Shown: positions 26,453 through 37,430 of the stretch, in pieces | Position numbering within the stretch: position 1 is the stretch's first letter | How the letters are laid out: every line of letters begins with the position of its first letter | Source of the DNA: Moniliella sp. 'wahieum' | Lineage: Eukaryota | Direction of reading: 5' to 3' | Length of the DNA stretch: 64,000 bases | NCBI GenBank assembly: GCA_003971905.1 | Contig: RSEE01000025.1 | Location: 62,001 to 126,000, forward strand | Notes under the pieces: generated by a model | Database searches by the model: none | What the model was told of the DNA's origin: nothing | The model's input: the letters and a program-made list of their open reading frames with translations, nothing else | Position numbers and translations under genes: made by a program

Positions 26453-28266
26453 GGTGGGGGGGGGAGGAGGAGCGTGGCGGACGCAGAAGAAGGCGCGGCG
26501 GCGACTTTAAACCGGCCGCCACCGGGCCGGATGCTGCCGGTGCAGCCGCCCGGGGGACGACGAGCGGAGGCGGCGCGGCGCGGCAGGGGGCAGCGCCTGC
26601 GCGTGGAAGCGGCGCATGCAGCTCTGCGGCGCAGGGACAGCCCCCGCGCTGCGCTGCCCTCGCCCGTGAAAGCCGCTGCAAAGCGGTGGGGGCCGCCTGG
26701 GGCGGCGCAGGCGGACATGCGCTGCCCGCAGCCGGCAGGGCGCGAGTGTGCGGTGCGGGCTGCTGCCGTGCGCTGCCCCGGCTGCCCCGCCCGTGCGGCT
26801 GCGAGCGGCGGTGGGCGGCGGAGGGCGGCCAGCAGCACACCGCCCCCGCTCCGGAAATAACCGCATGCGGAGCCCCGCTGGCGCAGCAGACGGGCGCATC
26901 TCATGCACAGCGCACGCAGGCACCTGCCCGCTCTCGTGCGTGTGCGTGGCCAGTGTGTTGCTGTGCCGGACCAGGCGGCGTTGCTGCACCAGCAGCGGCC
27001 TAGTGACCGGTGTCGCGATGCCGGACCCGGGGGGGCAAGATCAATTCGATCAGTCTCCATCGATCGTCACTTACGCATAACGTCGCCAGTCAATGTCCGC
27101 TTCAACACCAACCTTCCATCTGCCATCGGCAGCTTCAATCTTGCATTTCATCAGATCTTCGTCCAGCGCACAGCGCACACTAGCCCAACGCGTGACAGGC
27201 ACCGGCGCTCGTTGGCCTCGCCCACTAGCCAGCATGCAACACGTATCACGCGATCCCCGCCCGTCGCCATTTGATATTTGCCGCCCAGCCTCCCGCCGGC
27301 ACCCCTGCTTGCTGCCCACAGCTGGGTGCTGCGGCGGCCCAAGCGGACCAGACCAGACGGGCCGAAACACCGGTTGTGCTGCCCCAACCCAAACGGGGGG
27401 CCTCTCGTCGCCAGCACGAACTACCCCGCCTGCTCTACCCCTCTTCCCATCCCATCCTCTCCTGTCGGTGCCCCAGCGTCACCGGTCACCAGCCTCACCC
27501 CAAGCGTCTCCACATTTTATCTGATCAACGCGACCTGTGGAAGAAGCCTGGTGGCGCGCCCGTAAGGCCCTAACGGCCGTCTAGAGGAACGCCATCAATC
27601 GCACTACCATAGTAGTAGTGGTGGTGGTGAGCACGGTGATCCAAGTGTACCAATGATGAATGACGCGAATGAAGATTGAGTTCAGTACTGACAAATGACA
27701 ACACGCCAAGAAAGCGCCACTGGGCCTGTGGCTGCGGAACAACCAAGCCTGAGAAGAACGCTTCGGGTCGTCCCCAGACAGCCTCTCAGGGCTTTAGGCG
27801 CTCTCAGAACTCGGGGTTCCTACGCCCAGAGAAGAGAGCCGAAAGCACCGTGGCCAACATGTGGGAACCTCCCCATATGTCTTCTCGAAAAGATCCCCTT
27901 GATCCCCGCTACCGCCGCCATACGATTGCATCCGATTGCAGCACAGTAGTGCATCAGTACATTTTTACGGTGAGAATCCCACCTCTTTCCCCAGCTGTAG
28001 CGCTCAAACGTCTCTCGCTCCACTCCCACACGTCAAGGGCAACGTGGGTCTGAGAGGACCAAGGGGAAGGTAGCTATGGGTAGACGGTGGCGATCAATAG
28101 TCCTCCCACGCTCGGTAGTCTCGATAGTCACGCCATCATCTTTTCAGCGAAAGGTACAAATACAAGTACAAACATCAGGAAACAGAGGTGCAGGGCTTGG
28201 ATAGGCGGGGGGCAGGGTGGAACGGGAGGGGGGTCCGAGGCGTGGTCAAGCCAAGTCGGCAGCTTG

Positions 28267-29669
28267 CTAGACAAGCCTGGTGAGAACAATAAAACAAAAG
28301 GAGTAGGACAGGGCAGGCCCAACCGTAGTGCCCCATAGGAGATTCGTCAGCACGATAAGGGTCGTCAATGGGTCGTCAAGCGTCCGACTTGCAGATATAG
28401 GGTGAGCCCATTGGGCAGAGAGCACCTCCCTCATCTCGATAGGGGAGGGGTACGAAGGCCGTGGCGCTGAAAAGCATAAGCGCAAGAAAAAAAAAGGGGG
28501 CGCACAAGAAGCATCGTGTGCTCAAAACAAGGCAGGCCCAGAGCCAAGACCCTCCATCTCAATACGATGATGGCACAGAGCCGTGCAGAGGATAGGTGGG
28601 CCACCCGGGCGCAGAGGAGCCGATCGAAGTGGAATGTCCACCGCGAGATCGGTCGTGAACGGCAAGTTCGCTATGGCTGAAGCTCGAACGACCCACCGCA
28701 TGACCCGAGTATGCGTGCAGGCCACCATGGTTCATCCCCACGCCTGGGGGACCACCATGGGAATGCTGCGCCATTGCCGCCGGGTCATACCGTTCGCCCG
28801 CAGGGTAACTGTATTCGTGATACGCCTCGGTCGGGGATGGCAGGGGGGGCCTGAACTGGAAATAGGGATGGGGGCAGTGACGGAATGGTGGTCGGGGTAC
28901 GACGCGCCGGTCCCTGGGGTAGGCGGAAAGGTTGGCACCCCGCCCGTGGGGGCGGCATGACTTGCTGAGCTTGCTGCAGCAGCCGACGCTTCTTCATGCG
29001 CTCCCGGTGGGATTCGTACGTGATGCCCGAAAACGCAAACACCGCCCGCTGTTCCCTCGTCAACGGCCCGCGACGCATGAGCGTATCGTTGGAGGTGCAG
29101 GTACGTTTGCTCGCTACACACCTGGCGCACGGGGTGTTGCGATCGCATCTGCTCGTTCATACTGGGTCAGTAACCTTGGCATGGAGAACGTCAAAGATGA
29201 GTACCTACTTGACTTTGCGTCGACGACACTCGTCACAGGCTGGCTGACCTTCCCGCGCACCCACACGTGGGCGGAGGGAACGTTGCAGGTCGATGGAATT
29301 AACCAGGTTGGAGATGTAGGCAGCCCGGGTGGGTTCATCCATACCGAGCAGAGGCCCACTGACGTTGGTCCCGGAAAACACCGAAACACCAGGCAACGAA
29401 TGATGGCGCCCATGCTCGCCGTACATGGTACCTGGGTGCGAGGGGGCATTCCAGTCGGCTGACCCTGGGGCCTGTTGATGCGAGGCGGAGCCGGGGGGAG
29501 CAAAGTCAGGACCAACATCCAGTGCCGATGGAGCCGACGAGGCACTTCCACCTCTGGTACGGGCTTGCACAGCGGGTGGTACGGTGCCATAGGCGGGTCC
29601 ATCAATATTGTACGGGTAATACGGGTTGGAGTCCGAATGAGAACGTTGCGCAGCTAGAGGGCCCGTCAT
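28267..29669 (-). CDS. Zn(II)2Cys6 transcription factor (ends uncertain)
   Basis: ACDECRRRKVK joined across intron about 29149-29208 to CDRNTPCARCVASKRTC, followed by RRGP. Confidence 0.8.
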
Positions 29670-31673
29670 TTGCGACCCATATTCTGAGGCTTGGGGGGCA
29701 GGGGGTTCACGATACGAACTGGCGCTGAAGGAGGATGAGCCTGAACAATTTTGATCCAGATCCCCACAGTCGTGCCAAGACGAACAGAATGGAGAAACCC
29801 CAAATCAGTCAGCGCACAAATCCCGATACACCACAAGGAGGATAGGGTGAAAAGAACTCTTGGTTTGGGCGATCCACGCACGAGCACAGAAAAACGGGAA
29901 GCAGAGTAGACCAAGCTTCTCTCCTACTAGAGATGCAATCTCGCTTCCCATACCGTAATTCCGTACCCGCACTCACCCATTCCTGGTTCAGGGAGAGAAG
30001 ATAAAGAGAGGGGAGAATAGAAAATCAGAACGTACGGTTAGCGCTGGAACTTGAAGCCGCGGGAGCATCGAACAGGCCGCGTAGAGGCGGCAGCCGCGGG
30101 CGGTTGGCCGTGTGTTGGGAGGGCGCGAAGCCGTGAGAGACAGAGACACCAGAGGCGGATGAGTAGAGGGACGACGGCGGAATATGATAGTCCGAGCCGC
30201 GCTTAGGCAGGGAAGCGGGGCCAGATGGGAGCGGGGAGGGGCCATGGCTGGTTCACGGTGAGCGTGTGCTGAATACGCACGCAGGGCAGCGGGCCATGGG
30301 CCGGTGGCTGGGGTGGGAGGGACGCATTCGAGGCGGCGGGTACGACGGCAGAGACGAAGGAGCGCGTGCCAGGGGGGTGCAGAGCAACGTGGGAGGGACG
30401 GGACTGACGAGCGCAGCAATCAGAGGGGGAGTGCCGGGGGGCCGCAGGCACTGGTGGTGGCGAGAGGGTGCGACTATATGAGACGGAGCTAGCACACAGA
30501 ACAACAGGCACAGGACCAAGCAGTGGCCAGCTGCTGCTGCAGAGCATGCCGGCTGTGGCAAAGGCCGAGGCACGAGGGCAGCCGCGTCGACCCATGCTCT
30601 GTGCTAGCGCAGCCTGGGGGGCTGGGCCCAGCACAGACGCAGTGCGGGCAGCGCTACCAGGCCCAGGAAACCTGCTGCAGGAACACGCCCGTCCCGCCTG
30701 CCTACGTACGCGTGCACGGCCATATCGCACGTACCGATTATCGATTATCGGTATCGCAGTGGCTGCACGGCTGGCCATGCCCGCACAGGGGCAGTCCCAA
30801 GCTAATCGCCCGTTCAGGCACACCCGACCCCCCCCCACGCCTCCCGCCGCCCCGTGCTCCCACTGCCCCCGCGCGGCCGCCTGCGTCGGCCCCCAAACAC
30901 GGCTTTTTGAATCGATCAAACCGGAGACTGCGCCAGACAGCGCTGCGGCCAATTAGGGTTATGATGCTCGCCCCATGCGACAGAGGGGGCAGCGCATTGC
31001 CCCGCGCACCTGCGCCGGTGATATGGGTGTGTGACATGTGCCCCGAGGGCAAACACGCATGGTGCATGACTGCATCACGCATGATGCGTGATGCAAAAGA
31101 ACGCAGCAGCCTTGTCCCGCACAATCTCCGAACGACTCCTAGGGGGGCAGTGCTCTGCACACTGCTTCACACTGCCCACAGCGTCGCTTCCTGCTCCTCT
31201 GCGGTGCGGATTGGCTTTGCGCCGCTGCTTCCCCCCTCGGTGGCCGGCCGGTGACCGGCGAGGCCCTGAGGACCTGAGGGCCTGAGCTCAACAGGTCCTC
31301 AGGGCCACCGAGTTTAGTTGGCCTTGGGGTGGGAATGCCGTGCTGCGTATCGCAGGCGTATCGCGTCGTTCGGCACAGCCGAACGAAGAGATTAGTCGAG
31401 GATTCGCCATCGCGAACCTGAAACCCCCAATTTGGCCATCTCACTTTGTGCTCTCCGGTCTCACATCTCACCTCCAACGCCCGTTCGGGTTGCAGAAGGT
31501 TGCCGAGCACCACTCACAGCGTCCACCGTCCGGAGGAATCCATGCACTTTTTTGGCGTGCCCTGCGCGCCGCGTGAATGGACAGTTTTTTTTTTTCTCTT
31601 CCCCACTAGGCCTACACAGGCTCTTCACGCTCCAAGCGCCAAGCGTCGAGCTCCCTGGAAACGCCAACCGCCA

Positions 31674-31943
31674 GCATCATGCATCATGCCTCATGCATCA
31701 TGCATCGGGCAACCTATGTATCGCCCATCATCGTGGTGCCTTGAGTTCAATTCAATTAAGCTTCAAGAGCTAGCTTCAAGCTTCAAGCTTCAAGCTTGCT
31801 GGCTCTGGGTACGTGTCCAATTCGAAACCCCCGATAGCCTCGATAACTCGGACACTTGAGCTTGACGTCAAACTCGTATTAACGCGTTAACGTACTTGAC
31901 TTAAGCTACTTAAGGTCCTTAGGTCTACTAGGGTCTACTAGGG
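31674..31943. repeat. Cluster of 7-bp palindrome-based repeats: (GCATCAT)n, (AAGCTTC)n and palindromes TTGACGTCAA, TTAACGCGTTAA
   Basis: Read directly from the sequence. Confidence 0.85.
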
Positions 31944-32897
31944 CTGCCTGCTATAATAGCCACGCTATTCTATCGAGTGTCATGCATGTCAAACCTGCGT
32001 TTCTCAGTTCGGGCACTCATTTGCTCTGCATAGCGCGGGGTAGACCACGTACGACCGGCCGGACAAAAACGCTCTCGCGATGCGTCTGTCTCCGGACAAA
32101 TCATGAACCGTCGGTCGTATGTATCGAATCACAACACCCTGGCAGGTGTTTGGTAGCTTCCCGCTACGCACGCTACTGTCACCATGTCAATAGTCGCTGT
32201 CGCATGTCGCATGTCATGCATCAAGTCCATCATGCATCTTCAAAAGCCCCATTACCTTTTCGCCTTCCCTTTTTTCGCCTTGCAATTAAACGTTAAACCC
32301 ACACACTGTGGGTACTGGGATTGATTAATGATTGACGTGCTGATCTTGCTTCGATGCTACATGGGTTGTACCGTGCTGCAGTCTTTTGAAGCTTTTGGCG
32401 CGTGTCAGTTCAGTACGTTTTCAGTGATATGGAACGGGGTGAGTACGTTGAGTCCGGTGAGTACCCTCTCGGGCCTTAATATTATTCGTCCGAGTAGTTT
32501 TTCGCCATGGGCTTTTCATGGTTCGCACCGACTCACAATCCAACTCGTTCCTTCGGATTCGACTACACAAAACTATCGGAAATTTCCATTGGAGGTGCAC
32601 CAGAGGCTTTTGAGGGACTCACACGTATGAAAAAAGGAGGGCAAAAGATTACGCACCACAGAACTGTGTGGTACACGGGTAGGCACGAGAAGAGACGGTA
32701 TGCAGGAGGACCTGTGTTGGCATATGCCGGGAAATGACCCCAAAAGGCGCTTCGACGTTTTGCCGTCTCAGGAACGGAGACGAGAGCGTTATTGGCGCGT
32801 GTACGACCCGTCGGCTGTGGGACGCTCTACTATCTGTACCCCACTGCCCTACGTGGTGTACAACGGGCTACAAAGGTTGCAACTGTATATATGGGCA

Positions 32898-33016
32898 CTG
32901 AGTACTGAGTACTGAGTGTGCCAAGTACTTCTCAGAGTACTGTTGTACTATGAGGACCTAACATAAGGCCTAAGGCCCTAAGGCCTAAGGCCCCTAAGGA
33001 CACATGTCACATGTCA
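32898..33016. repeat. Cluster of 7-bp repeats: (CTGAGTA)n, (TAAGGCC)n and (CACATGT)n
   Basis: Read directly from the sequence. Confidence 0.85.
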
Positions 33017-33186
33017 GCCAGTACTACAAAGCTTTGTTCAAGCTTCAGCTATTACGTTCATACATTCAAGGGTCCAAGCTTCAGATGCGTTTTATGTTGA
33101 AACAAACTGTTATGTGTCAATCCACAGATGTCCGCCCTGTGTTATATCCATCCTGGCATGACTCATATATGATGGGGTATCGGAGA

Positions 33187-34560
33187 TCAAATGGTGAACA
33201 GGAGGTTCAGATCCCACGGATGGGAGCTGCTCATCTGCGGAGGCACAATCAGATCCTAGTCAACAGATACTCTAATGGAGGAAGTCAAGGTACAAACCTG
33301 AGGCTTCTGACCAAAGCACTTGACCAGCTCATCACGGAGAGCGTTTAGGAGCTGAAGATAGGTAATGTGGGCCAGCGTGAAAAGACGGTGATCCAAGCAA
33401 AGCTCATTGCACCCGTTGCCTTGTGGGCTTCGTAGGTGTCCGCACTGGTTTCACTATCCTTGCAACCGGAAAATCACCACATCGGCCCCAGAAGACCGGT
33501 ACAAATTGTATCCTCCTGCGCCCCCTTTTCTCTTGCCGCTTTGGGGTATACAGCGGCATTGCGGTCGGAAGGTAAGGTGGAAAAGTCCCCGTATTCTTGC
33601 CAGCCAATTGGATGGCTTTGCGCATTCCACAGCCATGTTGGCCCCCACGGTTGTGAGTTCGAAAAGTTGGCCACTAGTCGCGTACACATAGGGCAGGTCC
33701 AGCACGGTGCCACTGTAGCACGAATCAAACAAGGCGGTCAAGCGACACCCGACCGGCAAGGGGGTCACCAGCATGTCATGCAGCTCGTCATTCGCCATCA
33801 TGCCATTGGTAAGGTAATCGACAGGAACGATATACTCGCTCAATCTGTCCGCTGTGGGGACAGGTGAGAGTCAGAACAGGAATGCTATGGGAGGAGGGAG
33901 GGGCAGACGAGAGTCACAATATAGTCATGCAGGAAGGGTGACATACACGCACCTTGATCACCTTGAGTCGCCTTGGCTTGCGCGCCACGGCCAGAATAAT
34001 GGAAAAAGAGGGAATCACCCGGTTGAGCGTCCCTGATGAGCCACTCTATGGCCGCGGAGATGTTGGCCCTGGTAGGGCGTCCCCATGGATCGGGTGTTTG
34101 ATCGGTCAAGACAACCATGTCCCTCCGCATGGAATCCGCACGTGAGGAGAAAGCTGCGCATGTTTACCACATCCTTCCAGCATCCGCCGAGCTCCGCTCT
34201 GGAGCCAACATAGTTGATGCCAATCAGCAGGGCCTTGCGCTTGCCCGTCATCGTACTGTACTCGTACCGCCCTCCGTCCTCCATCATCCCACCGGGTGGG
34301 TAGTCAAAGCGGACCTGGACATCGCGGTACTCGGGAGGACCGAGCGGGCCAGCAACGCGCCCCCATCGGCTTGGGGGCGGGAAAAATGGCACAGGGCTAA
34401 AGTCGGTACCAGAAGCTGAACGCGTTTCGACACTTCGCAAGCTCAGTGGCGGAGAAAAGGGAGGCTGATCAGCAAAGGGGATGTACCAAGGACCGGGGGG
34501 ATGCCCAGCCATCAGGTGCTCGGGATGGGGGCAGCGTGTGGGTATTATTGTTGGGCTCAT
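33187..34560 (-). CDS. MCA1: Metacaspase homolog, catalytic His apparently lost (pseudoenzyme or pseudogene)
   Basis: Pro-rich prodomain, GKRKALLIGINY, PGDSLFFHYSGRG, LTALFDSCYSGTVLDLPYVY, KDSETSAD, GAMSFA and QKPQ/MSSSHP. Two introns and some frameshifts. Confidence 0.88.
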
Positions 34561-35134
34561 AGAACGGATGGCCGTCTAGGAACGGTTCTCGCATTTGCAC
34601 CATACTGATGCGACTGTAGTAGATAGAGAATCGCAGCCGCACACAGTCCATCAGTATCTCATCCAGGTGGAAGCCGGCGGAGGAGAGGGTATGCGAAAGG
34701 GAAAATGGACGAGCGGACCATGAGTAACATGTTCGGCAACAGTCGGAACACGCCGCCGAAGCTGTGCCACACAAAGTTGCAGCCGAGAGGTGGGACTTAC
34801 AGCCTTTCCCGGAGCCGGGCCCATGGGACATGCGGGGATGAATTGTCTGGCATGCTCGAAATGGTGGCCTCTGTGAGAGGGGAGGGGGTAGAGCGTTGAC
34901 TGTTGCTAGGAGGAGTAGAGATCGGGCCTCTCACCTATATGCGAAGGCTCAGCCTGAGCAGGTCGTGAAGAGTGCACAGTTGCTACAGGTGTGGGAAGTA
35001 TAAATGACTTTCATTTGTGACAAGAGGTGGGGCGGGAAATGTTCTGAGCATCAGTTGACCTGTGTGTGGTTGGCTATAATGTCGATAGAGACGTTCGGGC
35101 CACACCTATTACACTCTTTTCCTCTCTGCTTTGC

Positions 35135-35157
35135 GGGGGGGGGGGTTGAACGTTGAA
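35135..35157 (+). repeat. Direct repeat copy 1: G11-TTGAACGTTGAA
   Basis: Identical 23-mer at 36754-36776. Confidence 0.9.
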
Positions 35158-35514
35158 CGTAAATAAATTAGTATCAGATGTAGGGCATTTCCAGCCTGAC
35201 GATACCCAACCATCGCGAAGCTTTGGGGCTGGTTGAACTTGAGGGGGCGGGCAATGTTGGTGAGATGGAATACAAGGGGAGGGGATGAGTTCGCACTAAT
35301 AGTGAATCCGCCCCCGCATTCCACTGGTTTATCGGCGTAAATGATACCAGTTCCTCTCTTAAGGTTATAACCCTAACATGCTCGGAGCGGGCGAAGAGGT
35401 CTAAAGATCGGCATAGCGCCAGTGTCTGTCGGCCCCTGTTTCTCTTTTCCACAACCTGTTGGCTCTGTCCGGCGTCCATTCACCTCGAAGCTTGAAGCTT
35501 GAACCACCATAACC

Positions 35515-36610
35515 ATGTCTGAGGCTACTGCCCCTGCCCCACACCTCGACCCCGTCATGGGCGAGAAGGTCAGCAAGAGCGAACTGAAATGGCGCTAGAA
35601 GGAGCCTCAGACCGCCGAAAAATAGGCGGCAAATATGACTGCTGCTCCCGTGGCTGCGACCAAGCCCAAGTCCCCTACGGACGGGGAGGGGGAACTGAGC
35701 CGACAGCAATGTTACGAACAATGCTCGTGTACGATCAAGGTGCTGCGTGAAAGCAAGGGCCTAACCCGCCGTATCCTCACAAGTTCCATGTAAGCACCTC
35801 CCTTGGTGCCTACATCGACAAGTACGGCCCCACCACCGAGCCTGGAGCTAATCTGGAGGAAAAGTGTCCATTGCCGGCCGCATCCACACGGTGAGCGCGC
35901 AGGGTGCCAAGTTGCATTTTATGATCTTCACTCTGAGGGTCAGAAGGTCGAGATCATGGCCTCTGCCTCGGATCATGTCGGCAAGGATAAGCCCGATGGC
36001 CCCGTGTACGAGGTTGACTTTGCTACCCCCTGGAGGCGATTCGACATGATCAAGGAGCTCGAGGCGCAGCTCAATGTCCCTTTCCCGCCTGCCAAACAGC
36101 TCCACACCGAGGCTGCGCGCAAGTGGCTGGATGAGTTGGCAGTGAAGCACGGGGTGGAGTGCAGTGCGCCCGCATATCGGGCCGGTTGGTGGACAAGTTT
36201 GTGGGCGAGTACATTGAGCCTCAGCGCATCAATCCATCCTTTATCAAGGGCCACCGAGGTGGCGAGCCCGCTGGCTGGCCAAGTACCACCGCTACATCCC
36301 GGGTCTGTCCGAACGGTTCGAGCCTTGTGGCATCAAAGGAGATTGCCAATGTACAAGGAGCTCAACGATCCCTTTGACCAGCGGGAGCGGATCGAAGAGC
36401 AGTCGCGCCAAGCGGCCGCCGGCGACGACGAGGCGCAAGGGATTGACGAGATTTGTTGTGCGCTGGAGCACGGCTTGCCGCCAACAGCGGGCTGGGGGCT
36501 GGGGGTTGACCGGCTGACCATGTTCCTGGCCGACTCGAACCGGATCGCCGAATTCCTCGCCTTCCCGGCGAGGAAACGGAAGCAGACCCAGGCTGCTGCT
36601 GCTGCGGCGG
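35515..36610 (+). pseudogene. KRS1: Lysyl-tRNA synthetase pseudogene with large internal deletion
   Basis: HLDPVMGEKVSKSELK, then a TAG at 35596. PYPHKFHV and IAGRIH...FYDL jump directly to YEVDFATPWRRFDM, followed by ELNDPFDQR and GLPPTAGWGLGVDRL. The middle of the catalytic domain is absent. Confidence 0.88.
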
Positions 36611-36753
36611 CGCGGCGACAGCGGTGCAGCAGCCCCAGCCTTCGGCCTAGGCTACCTCGGCGCTGTGGATGGATGGGGGCAGCGGCAGCTGTGGTTGGGG
36701 GGGCAAGGACAGACAGAGGAGGCCGGATGCTGACGACGGAGGTGTAAATTGGT

Positions 36754-36776
36754 GGGGGGGGGGGTTGAACGTTGAA
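36754..36776 (+). repeat. Direct repeat copy 2: G11-TTGAACGTTGAA
   Basis: Identical 23-mer at 35135-35157. Confidence 0.9.
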
Positions 36777-37430
36777 GCTTGAAGGTTGGTCATCGATCAT
36801 CATACATCGCGCATCATGCATCGTGCTGGGCTGGACATGGCCCTGCCGAGTGCCTAGGCCTGCAATGGGCGTGTGCTGGCATTAGAGCACGCAGGGTGTG
36901 TGGGGCCGCGTGGGTTGGTTGCTCGCTGCTCGCAGCCGCCTGGGGCCAGTCTGGCCTGGAACACAAATACTGAGATTGAACGTACTGATGCATGGTCGAT
37001 GATCGATGATCATCGATATGATTAATGATTAATGACGCTGAAGCGTGGAGAGCCGAGTATTGCAGCCGACGACTGGCAGCAGCAGCGGCCGCGCAGCGCA
37101 GCGCAGCCAGGCGCAGAGCGCACGCAGCGCAGCCACGGCAGGTGCGAAGCGGAGGCGGCCGGGGGGCAGTGAGAGCCCTGCGGCTGTTTTGGACGAGCTG
37201 CAGGGGGGAGCGGGGTGCGTCGCACCAGGCGAGCCATGGCAGAGGCGCACTGCGGACTGCGTCTGCGAGGCCAAGCAGCGGAGCGTAGCAGAGCGCAGAG
37301 CCTCCAAATTTCAACGCACAGCCGGTGCATGCAAGGCCGCCGGTGACCTCACCCTCACCGCCTCGCCCTTGTCCGTGGCCACCCGCACCGCCCTCCTCCC
37401 CCGCCACCACCTCCCCCCGGCCTGCCCACC

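Noticed and set aside
25170..26510. Long + strand ORF (446 aa) and similar antisense ORFs elsewhere
   Set aside because: Shadow ORFs caused by GC-rich codon bias on the opposite strand.
31674..33016. CRISPR-like array
   Set aside because: Eukaryotic context, 7-bp units and no repeat-spacer organisation.
35362..35377. TAACCCTAAC resembling a telomerase RNA template
   Set aside because: It overlaps the palindrome GGTTATAACC and I see no supporting pseudoknot or other TER structure. Conservation data would be needed.
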